64,000 bases of DNA from an uncultured Spirochaetales bacterium (GTDB lineage Bacteria > Spirochaetota > GWE2-31-10 > CAYYKD01): positions 18,549-82,548 of the forward strand of contig CAZSQU010000001.1 in the NCBI GenBank assembly GCA_964608985.1, in the 5' to 3' direction. A model generated the notes under the pieces. The model saw only the letters and a program-made list of their open reading frames with translations. It had not been told where the DNA came from and searched no databases. Position numbers and translations under genes: made by a program. Shown in pieces: positions 28,713 through 39,525 of the stretch (within the stretch, counting starts at the first letter, position 1; the number at the start of each line of letters is the position of its first letter).

Positions 28713-29630
28713 TTAATTACTGCTATCCATTATTTGATTTTCTTGCCACTCCATAAAAATTCTTCTATTAACAATAGCGATCTCCTGAAGAGATCTGTCA
28801 ATTAATTCTTCATTATAAATTTTGAATATTTCTTCCTGAAGATATTCAGTCCGCGGAACATTTATATAGTGTTCATCAAAATCAACAGTTATCTCCTTGA
28901 TCATAGTAACAAAATTGCCGGTAGCTGCCGGATCAGCTCTATGTATAACAAATCCCATGAGTTTAACATATGGTGATTCTGACGGGTAATACGGCATATC
29001 ACCTCTTTTTTCCTCTCTGTATAATTTTTCATTATCATAATTTGGATTAAGCCAGACTCTTTGCTGCCAACCTCTAAAGTTAAGGAATCCCAGAAATACA
29101 TCCCTTACCTCATTTCTATGATTTTTAATTCTAACATAAAAAGCATACTTAAAATTGTTTCCGAGAATATTTACGCCAATACTTTTTAGGATACCAACAT
29201 TTGTTACTACACCTTTATTATGAAACATATCACCTTTTCCGGTAACTCTATTGGTATTCTCATAAAAAGCCGGTATCTCAAATGGAGGGAGAATTTCAAC
29301 ATAGCTATTAGCATGTCTTTGTGGAAAATATGCTCTTACACCCAATAAACTCAGACCCGGATATTGTTGGGAGTTTTTTACATTTAATGTATATGTTCTT
29401 TCCCTGGCCATATTGTTAAATGATGAACTGTTGACCCTTGCTCGCCAGTTCTGAGGAGATAAATCAAGTCTCATTAATGCTTTTTTTTCTGCTGACCAGA
29501 AATCACCTGCAGCTTCAGAAAAATCGACGGTAGTATCTGATAGATTACTGAAATCAATTAGAACCTGTTCAATGGAGAACAAAGAAAAATTAAATAATAA
29601 CAGTAATAGAATAGTAAGAAGTTTCTTCAT
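28713..29630 (-). CDS. flaA: putative flagellar filament outer-layer (sheath) protein FlaA-like, secreted
   Basis: 305 aa with a signal peptide. Motifs recalled from memory as characteristic of spirochaete FlaA: VLIDFS just after the signal peptide, LGVRAYFP, GVVTNVGILKSIGVN, and FLGFLNFRGWQQRVWLNPNY...YYPSESPYVKLMGFVIHR. Not checked against a database. Confidence 0.5.
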   Translation of the reverse strand: MKKLLTILLLLLFNFSLFSIEQVLIDFSNLSDTTVDFSEAAGDFWSAEKKALMRLDLSPQNWRARVNSSSFNNMARERTYTLNVKNSQQYPGLSLLGVRAYFPQRHANSYVEILPPFEIPAFYENTNRVTGKGDMFHNKGVVTNVGILKSIGVNILGNNFKYAFYVRIKNHRNEVRDVFLGFLNFRGWQQRVWLNPNYDNEKLYREEKRGDMPYYPSESPYVKLMGFVIHRADPAATGNFVTMIKEITVDFDEHYINVPRTEYLQEEIFKIYNEELIDRSLQEIAIVNRRIFMEWQENQIMDSSN

Positions 29631-29690
29631 AGATCTTGCCTCTTAAGTAAAAATATATTATGCTATTATATAAAAGCATAACATTATTTT

Positions 29691-29698
29691 TTATCGGC
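29691..29698 (-). promoter_or_regulatory. sigma-28 (FliA)-type -10 element GCCGATAA upstream of the flaA-like gene
   Basis: Exact 8/8 match to the sigma-28 -10 consensus on the minus strand, about 60 nt upstream of the flaA-like ATG. The -35 TAAA is imperfect (TAAT/TAAG at 15-20 nt). Confidence 0.4.
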
Positions 29699-29892
29699 AT
29701 TCTACAAAAAAGCATTACCTTAAATAATATCAAAAATCTATAACATTTTTAAGTAATTTGGTTTTTGTAAATAAACTTCGTAAAAAATATATTATTTTAT
29801 TTGATTATTAATTTATTTTTGCTAATATGTACCGATTAGTTTATTAAAATTAAAATTCATAGTTTCTATTTAAATATGTAAATGGTGGGTAT

Positions 29893-30315
29893 ATGTTATA
29901 TAACAATCTTAGAGTGGTTTTTGATAAAATGATAGAGGAGATAGATGCAGGCAAAGAAGAATGCCAATCAGTTTTATCATTTAACCTGTTAAAAGGTCAG
30001 GCAGTACCCATAACAATTAAAGGTTTTAATATTTATCAATTGAATCAAATAAGGTTCTTGATTATCTGCCCTTTTTTACATTCACCGGATGAAACAGATT
30101 ATATTGAATTCTACCGGCTCGGCCATGACGAAGATTACATTAATATTCTCAGATTAATATCAAGATTTGTTACAACCCTTGAAATGATAAAAGAGTGGAT
30201 ACAAAAAGAGGTTCCCGATATGATCAGATGGGGGGAAGGGGTCATTTTTGATAAAAATGGTCGGACTAAAAAAGTTCCCTATATTACACATACAACAAAT
30301 AAAGAAAAAAAATAG
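29893..30315 (+). CDS. hypothetical protein
   Basis: 140-aa ORF with no recognisable motif. Confidence 0.45.
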   Translation: MLYNNLRVVFDKMIEEIDAGKEECQSVLSFNLLKGQAVPITIKGFNIYQLNQIRFLIICPFLHSPDETDYIEFYRLGHDEDYINILRLISRFVTTLEMIKEWIQKEVPDMIRWGEGVIFDKNGRTKKVPYITHTTNKEKK

Positions 30316-30320
30316 TTCAA

Positions 30321-30698
30321 TTATATAGACGCAATTACTTCTATCTCAATTTTTGCATCTTTCGGAAGCGATGAGACCTCTACTGTTGATCTTGCAGGTG
30401 GGATTGTATTTATAAAAAAATTACCGTACACCTCGTTAACTATCGGGAAGTCAGCTATATTTCTGAGAAAAATCGTGGTTTTTAATATGTTGTTTTTATC
30501 TGTTCCTGCACACTTTAATATTTGATCGATATTATTTAAACATTGTTCTGTTTGTTGTCGAATATCACCTAGTATAAGGGTACCGTTTTTATCAAGATGA
30601 ATTTGACCGGAAATAAACAACAAATTGGCAAAAGAGATTGCCTGGCTATATGGACCTATCGCTTGCGGTGCTTCAGTGGTAATAATTGCTTTTTTCAT
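30321..30698 (-). CDS. ridA: RidA/YjgF family reactive-intermediate deaminase
   Basis: Track ORF trimmed to the internal ATG MKKAIITTEAPQAIGPYSQA. Typical RidA length (~125 aa) with the PARSTVEV C-terminal motif. Confidence 0.85.
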   Translation of the reverse strand: MKKAIITTEAPQAIGPYSQAISFANLLFISGQIHLDKNGTLILGDIRQQTEQCLNNIDQILKCAGTDKNNILKTTIFLRNIADFPIVNEVYGNFFINTIPPARSTVEVSSLPKDAKIEIEVIASI

Positions 30699-30840
30699 AA
30701 ATACTCCGGAAATTATCATTTTATTTTAAAATATATCGATATTTACTAAATATCTACTGCCTTATATAATAAAATCAACATATTGTCTATATACATTATT
30801 AATGGTATCAAATATTGAATTATTCAATTAGGATTGTTAT

Positions 30841-32130
30841 ATGTTGTTTGATATACCTTTAGCCGAGATTGTTAGACCGGATAAAATAATTGATATGGTG
30901 GGGATTGATCAAATCATTGGGAAAAACTCATTTATTACCAGAATGTTAGATAACAGCTCTCTATATTCTTTAATACTATGGGGGCCCCCTGGTGTGGGGA
31001 AAACTACACTTGCAAGAATTATTGCAACAAATTCAGAATCAAATTTTATTTCTTTTAGTGCTGTTATGTCAGGGATAAATGATGTAAAAAAAGTGATGAA
31101 TCAAGCAGATGATCATTTAAGATTATTTAAACAAAAAACAATAATATTTATCGATGAAATACATAGATTTAATAAGGCTCAACAAGACGCATTCCTGCCA
31201 TTTGTTGAAACAGGAAAGATTGTTTTAATTGGTGCAACAACAGAGAATCCGTCATTTTCAATAATTTCACCTCTGTTATCACGGGTTAAGGTTATTAATC
31301 TAAAAGCTATCTCTATAGAAGATCTTATGATAGTATTAAAAAGAGCAATAGATATAATCAATAAAAGATTAGAGGTTACTATTAATTATGAATTGGAGCT
31401 GCTGGAAGGTATAAGCGGATTATGTGAAGGAGACGCTCGAAGATCATTAGGATTACTTGAATTACTAATAGAAAAAAAAATAAGTGAAAATAATTATAAT
31501 TTAGTCTTTGATGATTTAAAAACAGAAATTTCACAATCTATACCTGATTATGATAAATCAGGTGATAATCACTATGATTATATATCAGCACTCCATAAAT
31601 CTATGAGAAATTCTGATGTTGATGCGGCACTATTTTATTGCATGAAGATGTTAAGAGCCGGTGATGATCCGCATTATATTGTAAGAAGGTTGATTCAATT
31701 CAGCTCAGAAGATGTGGGAATGGCTGATCCGGAGGCACTAAAGATAGCAGTTGCGGCAAAAATCAGTCTTGATTCAATGGGCATGCCTGAGGCAATACTC
31801 CCGATTCTGCAGTCAGTTTGTTATAATTCAGTTGCTCCCAAATCTAATTCATTATATCTTGCAATGAAGTTAATTGATGACGACATAAAAAAATTCCCCG
31901 GAATAAGGGTGCCGCTGCATTTAAGAAATGCGCCGACTCAACTAATGAAGGATCTCGATTACGGAAAAGATTACAAGTATGCACACGATTATGATGTTCC
32001 TATTGCATCAATGGATTGTATGCCTGAGCAGATTAAAGGAAAATCCTATTATAAACCCAAAAGTTTTGGTTTCGAAAAAAAGATATCTGAATGGGTGATT
32101 AAGATTAAAGATATAAAATTAAAAAGATAA
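30841..32130 (+). CDS. rarA: replication-associated recombination protein A (RarA/MgsA AAA+ ATPase)
   Basis: 429 aa. Walker A LWGPPGVGKTTLARIIA and Walker B IIFIDEIHRFNKAQQDAFLP, followed by the C-terminal RarA helical domain. Confidence 0.85.
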   Translation: MLFDIPLAEIVRPDKIIDMVGIDQIIGKNSFITRMLDNSSLYSLILWGPPGVGKTTLARIIATNSESNFISFSAVMSGINDVKKVMNQADDHLRLFKQKTIIFIDEIHRFNKAQQDAFLPFVETGKIVLIGATTENPSFSIISPLLSRVKVINLKAISIEDLMIVLKRAIDIINKRLEVTINYELELLEGISGLCEGDARRSLGLLELLIEKKISENNYNLVFDDLKTEISQSIPDYDKSGDNHYDYISALHKSMRNSDVDAALFYCMKMLRAGDDPHYIVRRLIQFSSEDVGMADPEALKIAVAAKISLDSMGMPEAILPILQSVCYNSVAPKSNSLYLAMKLIDDDIKKFPGIRVPLHLRNAPTQLMKDLDYGKDYKYAHDYDVPIASMDCMPEQIKGKSYYKPKSFGFEKKISEWVIKIKDIKLKR

Positions 32131-32137
32131 AAAAAAA

Positions 32138-32542
32138 TTATTTAAAGTAAGTAAAAAATTTTTGTAGCTCAGGATTGTTTGAAAGATAATTTATGAAAAG
32201 TTGTTCATTGTTAATCATAAAATCATCATACTCACTTTCTGTATATTTTATCGTCGTAAAAAATTCCTTTCTTTTTTCTGTAAAAAACGCAATCTGATCC
32301 TCTTCGCTCATAACTATAGATTGATCCATATAGGATCTGACATAATTATTATATAATATTGAGATAGCTATAAAAACTTCAATGTCAAGTTTGTTTGAAT
32401 CCTCAATAGCTTTCCTGATAACAACTTCATCTTCAAAAAAAACATCAGATATTGCATTTTCTGTACCTGTGTTTTGTTCGTTTCTTTTTTGACAACTGAT
32501 TATAGTAAAAATAATGACAACCAATATAAATATTCTTTTCAA
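32138..32542 (-). CDS. small lipoprotein, hypothetical
   Basis: 134 aa. MKRIFILVVIIFTIISCQ lipobox-like signal (IISC). Confidence 0.5.
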   Translation of the reverse strand: MKRIFILVVIIFTIISCQKRNEQNTGTENAISDVFFEDEVVIRKAIEDSNKLDIEVFIAISILYNNYVRSYMDQSIVMSEEDQIAFFTEKRKEFFTTIKYTESEYDDFMINNEQLFINYLSNNPELQKFFTYFK

Positions 32543-32862
32543 AGCTCCTCCCTTTTTTTATTGATAAGTTCTAACGCCTCAATTAGAAGACTTTTTGCGT
32601 CTGATAATGAGTTGTTTACACTTTCTTGGCAACCTGATATCATAGTTTTTGCATCTTTAAGTGATATATTCTGATCATGCAACAATTCTTTTAGGTATCT
32701 TACCTTGTTTAAATCTTCTTCAGAATAAACACGATGACCAAACTTGTTTTTTCTTACCTCGATGTGCGGGAACTCTTTTTCCCAAAACCTGATGACCGAG
32801 GTTTTAATGCCGAGTAATGAAGCTATTTCACCTATAGTATATATATTATTCCCAGTGCTCAT
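32539..32862 (-). CDS. MerR-family HTH transcriptional regulator
   Basis: 107 aa. YTIGEIASLLGIKTSVIRFWEKEF helix-turn-helix. Overlaps the gpsA stop. Confidence 0.7.
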   Translation of the reverse strand: MSTGNNIYTIGEIASLLGIKTSVIRFWEKEFPHIEVRKNKFGHRVYSEEDLNKVRYLKELLHDQNISLKDAKTMISGCQESVNNSLSDAKSLLIEALELINKKREEL

Positions 32863-33871
32863 ACTTTTCTTTTCTGCCGAGCAGTCTTTTAATAGAATCT
32901 TTTAGGTCTGATGATTCGTAAAGGATTCTATATAGTTCTTCTGTTAATGGCATTTCTACCGATATACTTTTGGCAAAATTAAATATCGACATACAATTTT
33001 TAACCCCTTCGGCTACCATGGACATCGAGTTTATAATATCATCAATTTTTTCGCCTTTTCCTAATCGCTCACCTACATATCGGTTTCTCGAATGTCTTGA
33101 TTGACAGGTAACTATAAGGTCTCCCATTCCGGCCAAACCGGAAAAAGTCCGTTCATTTGCTCCGGCTTTTTTACCTAGTCTTATTATCTCTGCCATTCCT
33201 CGTGTAATTATTGCTGCTTTGGTATTATCACCAAAACCGATTCCGTCTGAAATACCGGCAAGTATCGCAATAACATTTTTTGTGGCTGCAGAAATTTCTA
33301 CTCCGGTTATATCATCATTTGTGTAAACACGGAAATAATCACGCATAAAAACCCTTTGAATCTCTTCTGCGTGACCTATGTTTTTGCACGCTGCAACAAT
33401 TGTTGATGGAAGTTTTTTCGATACTTCTTCTGCATGAGTCGGTCCGGATAGTGCTACAACACCTTTCTTTTGAGGAATAACCGAATCGATTATTTCCGAC
33501 ATTCTCATAAAAGTTTTATCTTCAAGTCCTTTAATTACGGTAACGAGAAGCTGATTCTTATTTATATATGTTTTAACATTGTCACATAATGGTCTTAAAG
33601 CAAAAGAAGGAACTGCAAAAACAACAAGAGATGTGTTTTCTACCGCTTCTTTAAGGTTATTGGTTACATTAAGATTATCAGGAAATTTAATACCGGCAAG
33701 AAACTTTTTATTTTCTCTTTCATTACTAAGTGTTTCTGCAATTGTTTTATCAAATTCCCACATATTTACATTGAATTTTTCTGCAAGGAGTAATGCAAGA
33801 GTGTTGCCCCATGAGCCGGCTCCTAAAACAGCAACCGAATAATTCTTATCTATATTCATAAACCGCTCCAT
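32846..33871 (-). CDS. gpsA: NAD(P)H-dependent glycerol-3-phosphate dehydrogenase
   Basis: 341 aa. VAVLGAGSWGNTLALLLA Rossmann N-terminus and the GpsA-typical KGLE and TFSGLAGMGDLIVTC motifs. Confidence 0.9.
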   Translation of the reverse strand: MERFMNIDKNYSVAVLGAGSWGNTLALLLAEKFNVNMWEFDKTIAETLSNERENKKFLAGIKFPDNLNVTNNLKEAVENTSLVVFAVPSFALRPLCDNVKTYINKNQLLVTVIKGLEDKTFMRMSEIIDSVIPQKKGVVALSGPTHAEEVSKKLPSTIVAACKNIGHAEEIQRVFMRDYFRVYTNDDITGVEISAATKNVIAILAGISDGIGFGDNTKAAIITRGMAEIIRLGKKAGANERTFSGLAGMGDLIVTCQSRHSRNRYVGERLGKGEKIDDIINSMSMVAEGVKNCMSIFNFAKSISVEMPLTEELYRILYESSDLKDSIKRLLGRKEKYEHWE

Positions 33872-33973
33872 TAACAGAATTTATACATTTATTATAAATC
33901 AAAAAGAAATAATTGAAAAGATATTTTCATCTTTTTCTTTTAAAAAGATAATATTAATTGTATAAATAATGTT

Positions 33974-35476
33974 ATGATAAGAATTGAAGATTTTTTTGTT
34001 TACAAATATAAATCATCTTCTCGTGAAAGAGAGAAAAGAGCAAGGATATTCTTTTATCTTACGCTAAGCGGAATGGGCATATTAATGGTTGTATCAATAA
34101 TGGAGGCAGCTTTCGGGTTTGCTTTTGTAATGTATGCACCTTATTTGTTTGGAGTATTTATAAGTATAATAATTCTTTTACTATTGCGGTTAGGTTTTTT
34201 TAATCTTTCATCACTTTTTTTTATGATTACTTTAATTGTGATTCAGAGTTTTGCTCTTATTCTTGATAAATATGATAATCCTTTTGATTTGTATAGATAT
34301 ACTTTAACAATAACCAGCGTACTTATTGCAACCGGACTTATATCGTTCAGTGTTTTTAATATAATTGCAGTAACAATAACCGGACTTTTAGGAATTTTTA
34401 TATTTTATATTGTAAGGTATTCTTACCAGTTAAATAATCCTTTAGAGCCTGTTGTAATTATGTCTTTAATAGTATCAAGTTCAATTTTTTTATTTTTTGG
34501 CGTCTTATCATTATTGATACTTAAGATTACAAAAAATATGCTGCATGTAGCAGAAAAAAATGAAAAAGCCGCCCAGAAAGACAGGGATAAAACCTTGCAA
34601 ACACTGTTTATACTTCAAACCTATACTAAACCGTCACTTGTTGAAAAGATCTATGAGGGAACTGATCCTACAAAATTATTACCGGAAGAAAAGGAATTAG
34701 TTGTTCTTTTTAGCGATATTAGAGGATTTAGCGCATTAACAGAATCACTAACTCCATCTGATGTAATCAACATACTCAATCCGTATTTTACAACAATGAA
34801 TTCAATAGTTGTTGACAATAACGGGGAGATTGATAAATTAATCGGAGATTGTTTTATGGCAATATTTGATAATCCCGATGACGCAATGAATGCGGCAATT
34901 GATATGAGAAAATCACTAATCGGGTTTACTATTGACAGGAAGCAGTTAAGAACCGGAATCGGCATCCATTACGGTAAGGTGATAAAGGGTAATATCGGTT
35001 CATCCAGTAAAATGGATAATACCGTTATCGGTGAAGTTGTAAACATGTCAAGCCGTTTTGAATCATTAACAAAGGTTTATAACACCGGAATCATTGTTTC
35101 AGATGAATTCAAAGAAAAGCTTACTAAAAGTCATTATTTTGCAGATCTTGATATTATTAGGGTAAAAGGGATGCACAGACCGGTAAAAATTTACGGAATA
35201 TATGATGAGTATTCTGCAAATTGTGATATTTCTGATACAAATTATCACGATCTTATTACTGATGCGTTCTCAAAATATGTCAATGGAGATTTTGATGAAG
35301 CGGTTAAAGTTTATTATAAAATAATACAGGATTATCCTTATGACCCTGACAAATATAGTTTTGACCCACATTCACACCTGAGATTTATGATAGAAAGGTC
35401 TTTGGAAACCAAATCATTAGTTGAGTCGGGTAAAATTGATATGTGGTCAGGTATATATGATTTTCAAATAAAATAA
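33974..35476 (+). CDS. membrane-anchored class III adenylate/guanylate cyclase (6TM plus CHD catalytic domain)
   Basis: 500 aa. About six N-terminal TM helices, then LVVLFSDIRGFSALTE...IGDCFMAIF...GIHYGKVIKGNIGS... motifs of the cyclase homology domain. Confidence 0.8.
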   Translation: MIRIEDFFVYKYKSSSREREKRARIFFYLTLSGMGILMVVSIMEAAFGFAFVMYAPYLFGVFISIIILLLLRLGFFNLSSLFFMITLIVIQSFALILDKYDNPFDLYRYTLTITSVLIATGLISFSVFNIIAVTITGLLGIFIFYIVRYSYQLNNPLEPVVIMSLIVSSSIFLFFGVLSLLILKITKNMLHVAEKNEKAAQKDRDKTLQTLFILQTYTKPSLVEKIYEGTDPTKLLPEEKELVVLFSDIRGFSALTESLTPSDVINILNPYFTTMNSIVVDNNGEIDKLIGDCFMAIFDNPDDAMNAAIDMRKSLIGFTIDRKQLRTGIGIHYGKVIKGNIGSSSKMDNTVIGEVVNMSSRFESLTKVYNTGIIVSDEFKEKLTKSHYFADLDIIRVKGMHRPVKIYGIYDEYSANCDISDTNYHDLITDAFSKYVNGDFDEAVKVYYKIIQDYPYDPDKYSFDPHSHLRFMIERSLETKSLVESGKIDMWSGIYDFQIK

Positions 35477-35491
35477 ACAGGAAAAATATTG

Positions 35492-36211
35492 ATGCGGTTA
35501 CTTGGTTTTACAGATATTAAATTGTATTTCTTTAAAGACATAAATTTAATATTTACCATAATTCATATCTTTCTTTTTGCATTTCTCCTTTTTTTATATT
35601 TAAGATACTTTATAATTGATTTTATAGGTAAAATTAGAACCCCAAAAAAAATACATAGTAAAAACATTATTAATAAAATAGCCGGATTTCTTCCGGATTT
35701 CTATAAAGAGATATTGATAATTATTTTTATTATTTCATATTTGATCTCTTTAGCAGGTATTGGAAATATATTTATTTTCTCTTTATTAGAAATTGTACCA
35801 AGATCGATCGGTTTATCACTTTTTATCTTTGGATTATTAGTCCAGTCAATATCAAGATACAAAATTGAGAATATGGAAAAACAAGGGAAAATTTTATTGG
35901 AATCGATTTATTACAATAGAAATAAAAAATCAGAAGTAATTGATTTTAATACCGGATACATTCAGTTTGAACTGGTTAGATTTCCTTTAGAGTCAGCTGA
36001 GATTTTAATTTTTTCAGGGATTGCTATTTCACTAATGAGTGTTCATTCTCTAATAATCTCACTGATTATTTCATTGGTAAATATTATCAGAATCAGGCGA
36101 ATAGATAATTTTGTTGGGGCGATATCACTTGATTATTATAATTATCAGGCATTAACAGGCAGAATAGTCCCTAAAATCAAAGCAATCTTAAAAAAATGGC
36201 ATAATAAATAA
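35492..36211 (+). CDS. polytopic membrane protein, possibly ICMT/PEMT-like methyltransferase fold (low confidence)
   Basis: ~239 aa with 5-6 TM helices. C-terminal ...GYIQFELVRFPLESAEILIFSG...FVGAISLDYYNYQALTGRIVP loosely resembles the ICMT/PEMT C-terminal region. Stop overlaps the recC start (TAATG). Confidence 0.45.
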   Translation: MRLLGFTDIKLYFFKDINLIFTIIHIFLFAFLLFLYLRYFIIDFIGKIRTPKKIHSKNIINKIAGFLPDFYKEILIIIFIISYLISLAGIGNIFIFSLLEIVPRSIGLSLFIFGLLVQSISRYKIENMEKQGKILLESIYYNRNKKSEVIDFNTGYIQFELVRFPLESAEILIFSGIAISLMSVHSLIISLIISLVNIIRIRRIDNFVGAISLDYYNYQALTGRIVPKIKAILKKWHNK

Positions 36212-39200
36212 TGTTAACAGTAAATTATGCAAAAAACACAGATGAACTTTCTGAGATTTTAATAAAAGACATTGAAAAAGACAAAGAATATTCAAATCCA
36301 CTTTATAAACCCAAAATTATTATACCTAATTCAAATCTGCAGAAATATCTTGAATTATATATAACGGAAAAACAAGGCATTTTTTTTGTTCCGGAATTTT
36401 ATTTTTTAGAGGGGGCTCTTTTTAATATACTTGAGCGTTCTTCTTTAGTTAATAATTACGGGTACTATTTTCTCAACAGCAAAAGAAATTCAGCATATCT
36501 TAATCTTTCTATATATTATTTAATTAATGATGCTTTAATTAATTCAAAAGGTGAAATTGATAGGATATTAAAATATACCGGTGAAGAAAAAACAGCGGAA
36601 AGACAAAAAAAAATTTGGCAACTTTCTGAGAAGCTCAGTGTTCTATTTAGAGAATACGAATACAAGAGGCCGGAAATGATAGAATCATGGCTTAACGATA
36701 AAAAAGAAATTGGTACCGAGGAAGAGAATTTTCAAAAATTTATCTATGGCTCTCTTTATGGAAAAGACACCGGGCTTTTTAACAATATTATAAATGGTAA
36801 AAGAATCGTTAATCTAAACACACTAATGAAGAATTTCTTAACTCCTGATCCGTGTGAAAAAAAAACATCAGATTCTATCAGAATATTCGGTTTATCTAAT
36901 ATCTCAAGATTTCATTACAATATTATAAAACAACTATCTTCATATATTGATTTTAAACTTTATCTTGTTGCTATCCATGTTAATAATAATGATTATATCT
37001 CTCCATTGGGTTTTAAAGACAAAAATTTATTACAAATTAAAGAGATATTTACTGACAAAGCTGTAACAAATTACCCTGAATCAAATAATTTAAATAATAC
37101 GACCTTACTTAATTCCTTGAAAGAGTATCTGTATAATCAAACAATTATTGAACCCGTTGAGACAGATTATAATCAATCATTGATTATAACCGGTGCAGTC
37201 GGGATTGAACGAGAAGTATCAACGGTTTATAACAGCATTATTTATAATATATATAATAATTCTAATACTAATAAATATAATCCTGAGGATATTGCTGTTC
37301 TTGTTACCGATATGGGGAAGTATTACAATACTATAAAATATGTTTTTGATAAAAATGAGATATTGCCTTACAATGTAACAGATTCAAATGCAGGGAATGA
37401 CAGTCTATACGGCAAGTCAGTCAAATCCATTTTAAAATTATCAAAAAACGGAATAACAAGAAAAGATATTTTTGATTTTCTTTATAATCAGTTGTTTTTA
37501 AATAAATTTGGTTTAACAACAAAAGATATTGATGTTTTTTACACTCTATGCAGCGATTTGAAAATTTTTCACAATAAAAATCCGGAAAGTATCTTTTCTT
37601 GGAATAAGGGTTTAAAGCGCTTGAGATTATCAAAGATCATGGATACTCCTAATATTTCAAGAACAGGTGAATTTGATGATTATTATGGTTTTATTCCATA
37701 TATATTTACTGTCGATCAAAAAAATGAATTGTTTTTATTAACCGGAATTGTAGATGACCTAATTAAAGATGTTAATTCTTTAAAAAACATTGATTATTCA
37801 AAACCATTTGGAGATAAATTAGTTGAGTTGTTTAACAAATACATTGAAATTTCTGAAAATGAAAAATCTGAAGAATTTGTCAGAACAATATTATTTGAAA
37901 GAATTTCTGTTCTTGATGATATGTATCAGTTAAAAGGGGATTTCAGGGCTGATTTTGATCTGTTAGGTGAATTTTTTGATACAATTCTAAACGGAATACC
38001 ATCAGGAAGAGGGAGTTACCTTTCAAAGGGGATAACGATATCTTCGTTAATGCCTATGAGACCTGTCCCTTTTAAGATAATTTACATACTCGGACTTGGT
38101 GCAGATGAGTTCCCGGGTAGAGATAATCCTTCCGGATTAAACCTTATCAAAGATTATAGTAAGGAACTCAATAAAACTGAATTGAATAATTTTATATTTC
38201 AAGAAACAATTTTTAGTGCATGTGATAAGCTTATATTATCATATAATGCACGAGATCCTGAAAAGGACGAAGAACTATATCCGTCAAGTTGTATAAATGC
38301 AGTTATTGACATAGTAAATAATAAGATATTTAATCGCAAGAACAGGATCGAAGTAATAAAAACACCGATTAATTTTCTTAGTTCAGTTTATCTGAAAGAT
38401 AATAATTCTGAGCTTTTAAAAAACTATAATCTAGATGAACTTGAGTTACTAAAAATTAAAGCCGGTATAAATGAAGATGAACAGGTGCAATATAACTTAA
38501 ATAAAATATCAGATTCTTCTAATCAGATATCTCAGGATATTAAATTAAGTGAAATAGTTAAATTTATTAAGAACCCTATCGAGCAATCTCTTCGAAGATT
38601 TGCCGGCATATTTAATGATAATGAAAGATTTGAAGATGACGAAAATGAGCCATTTTATACTGATGCGCTTTATGAATCGATTTTATATAAAACTATAATT
38701 ACTGAAGCATTAAATAATGATATCGATTTGATTAAATATTCTGACGGGTTTTTAAAATATGATACCTTAAAAGGGTTTGTTGCTGATGGTCCGTTTGCAG
38801 ATGCGGAAAGGCATAAATTGATAAACAATATAAATCATCGTATTGAAAGTAATAAATTATCTGAAACAATAACAGACTTAAAGAATAATAACACCATATT
38901 TAATTATAAAGGACAATCAAACGGACTTCCGGCGATTGATTTTAGTTTGATTGATAATATAGGACAAAGTATTAATTTTACAGGTAAAATCGATCTATTA
39001 ATAAAAGATACAGATGATAATTATAAAGTGTTAATTGTGATTAGAAACGAGAATTTTAATATAAATAACCTAATTGAGCCATATTTATATTATATTTCAC
39101 TTATTACTTCCGGTTTATATAGAGTCAACTCATTTTCGGTTATTGTATCGATGAAAGATGGTGTCAAGAATGTTCTTTTTAATAATATATCAAAAGAAGA

Positions 39201-39525
39201 TTGTGTTGATTATTTAAATCAAATATTAGATCTATATCTTAAGAAAGACTTTTTATTTGTTCCGATAGATATTCTAAAAAAGAAATATATTTTTAACATA
39301 ATCAAGTCTGATGAAGAGAATGATAAAATCAATGAAATTCTGAAAGGTGAGCTTTTTGAATTAATCGATAATCCCGATTCGGATTTTATAATGAGCGATA
39401 TATTAAGAGTAATTGAGAATATTAAAGACTATATACCCGATAACCCCTTAAATTATTATCAGAAAATAATTATGCCTATAGCGGATATATTTTATTCTTG
39501 TGAAAATGGGGCAAATGATGGTTGA
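36211..39525 (+). CDS. recC: exodeoxyribonuclease V gamma subunit RecC
   Basis: 1104 aa. N-terminus ML.V.Y..N.DELSEIL...PKIIIPNSNLQKYLELYITEKQGI follows the RecC pattern MLRVYHSNRLD...ILVQS.GM.QWL. Size and position upstream of recB-recD match. Confidence 0.75.
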   Translation: MLTVNYAKNTDELSEILIKDIEKDKEYSNPLYKPKIIIPNSNLQKYLELYITEKQGIFFVPEFYFLEGALFNILERSSLVNNYGYYFLNSKRNSAYLNLSIYYLINDALINSKGEIDRILKYTGEEKTAERQKKIWQLSEKLSVLFREYEYKRPEMIESWLNDKKEIGTEEENFQKFIYGSLYGKDTGLFNNIINGKRIVNLNTLMKNFLTPDPCEKKTSDSIRIFGLSNISRFHYNIIKQLSSYIDFKLYLVAIHVNNNDYISPLGFKDKNLLQIKEIFTDKAVTNYPESNNLNNTTLLNSLKEYLYNQTIIEPVETDYNQSLIITGAVGIEREVSTVYNSIIYNIYNNSNTNKYNPEDIAVLVTDMGKYYNTIKYVFDKNEILPYNVTDSNAGNDSLYGKSVKSILKLSKNGITRKDIFDFLYNQLFLNKFGLTTKDIDVFYTLCSDLKIFHNKNPESIFSWNKGLKRLRLSKIMDTPNISRTGEFDDYYGFIPYIFTVDQKNELFLLTGIVDDLIKDVNSLKNIDYSKPFGDKLVELFNKYIEISENEKSEEFVRTILFERISVLDDMYQLKGDFRADFDLLGEFFDTILNGIPSGRGSYLSKGITISSLMPMRPVPFKIIYILGLGADEFPGRDNPSGLNLIKDYSKELNKTELNNFIFQETIFSACDKLILSYNARDPEKDEELYPSSCINAVIDIVNNKIFNRKNRIEVIKTPINFLSSVYLKDNNSELLKNYNLDELELLKIKAGINEDEQVQYNLNKISDSSNQISQDIKLSEIVKFIKNPIEQSLRRFAGIFNDNERFEDDENEPFYTDALYESILYKTIITEALNNDIDLIKYSDGFLKYDTLKGFVADGPFADAERHKLINNINHRIESNKLSETITDLKNNNTIFNYKGQSNGLPAIDFSLIDNIGQSINFTGKIDLLIKDTDDNYKVLIVIRNENFNINNLIEPYLYYISLITSGLYRVNSFSVIVSMKDGVKNVLFNNISKEDCVDYLNQILDLYLKKDFLFVPIDILKKKYIFNIIKSDEENDKINEILKGELFELIDNPDSDFIMSDILRVIENIKDYIPDNPLNYYQKIIMPIADIFYSCENGANDG

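Noticed and set aside
33974-36211. Cyclase plus membrane-protein pair as a Pycsar/CBASS-like cyclic-nucleotide defence module
   Set aside because: The cyclase has the ordinary 6TM-CHD architecture of housekeeping class III adenylate cyclases. The downstream membrane protein shows no recognisable cNMP-binding or TIR/effector domain. Only the operon link to recCBD is reported.
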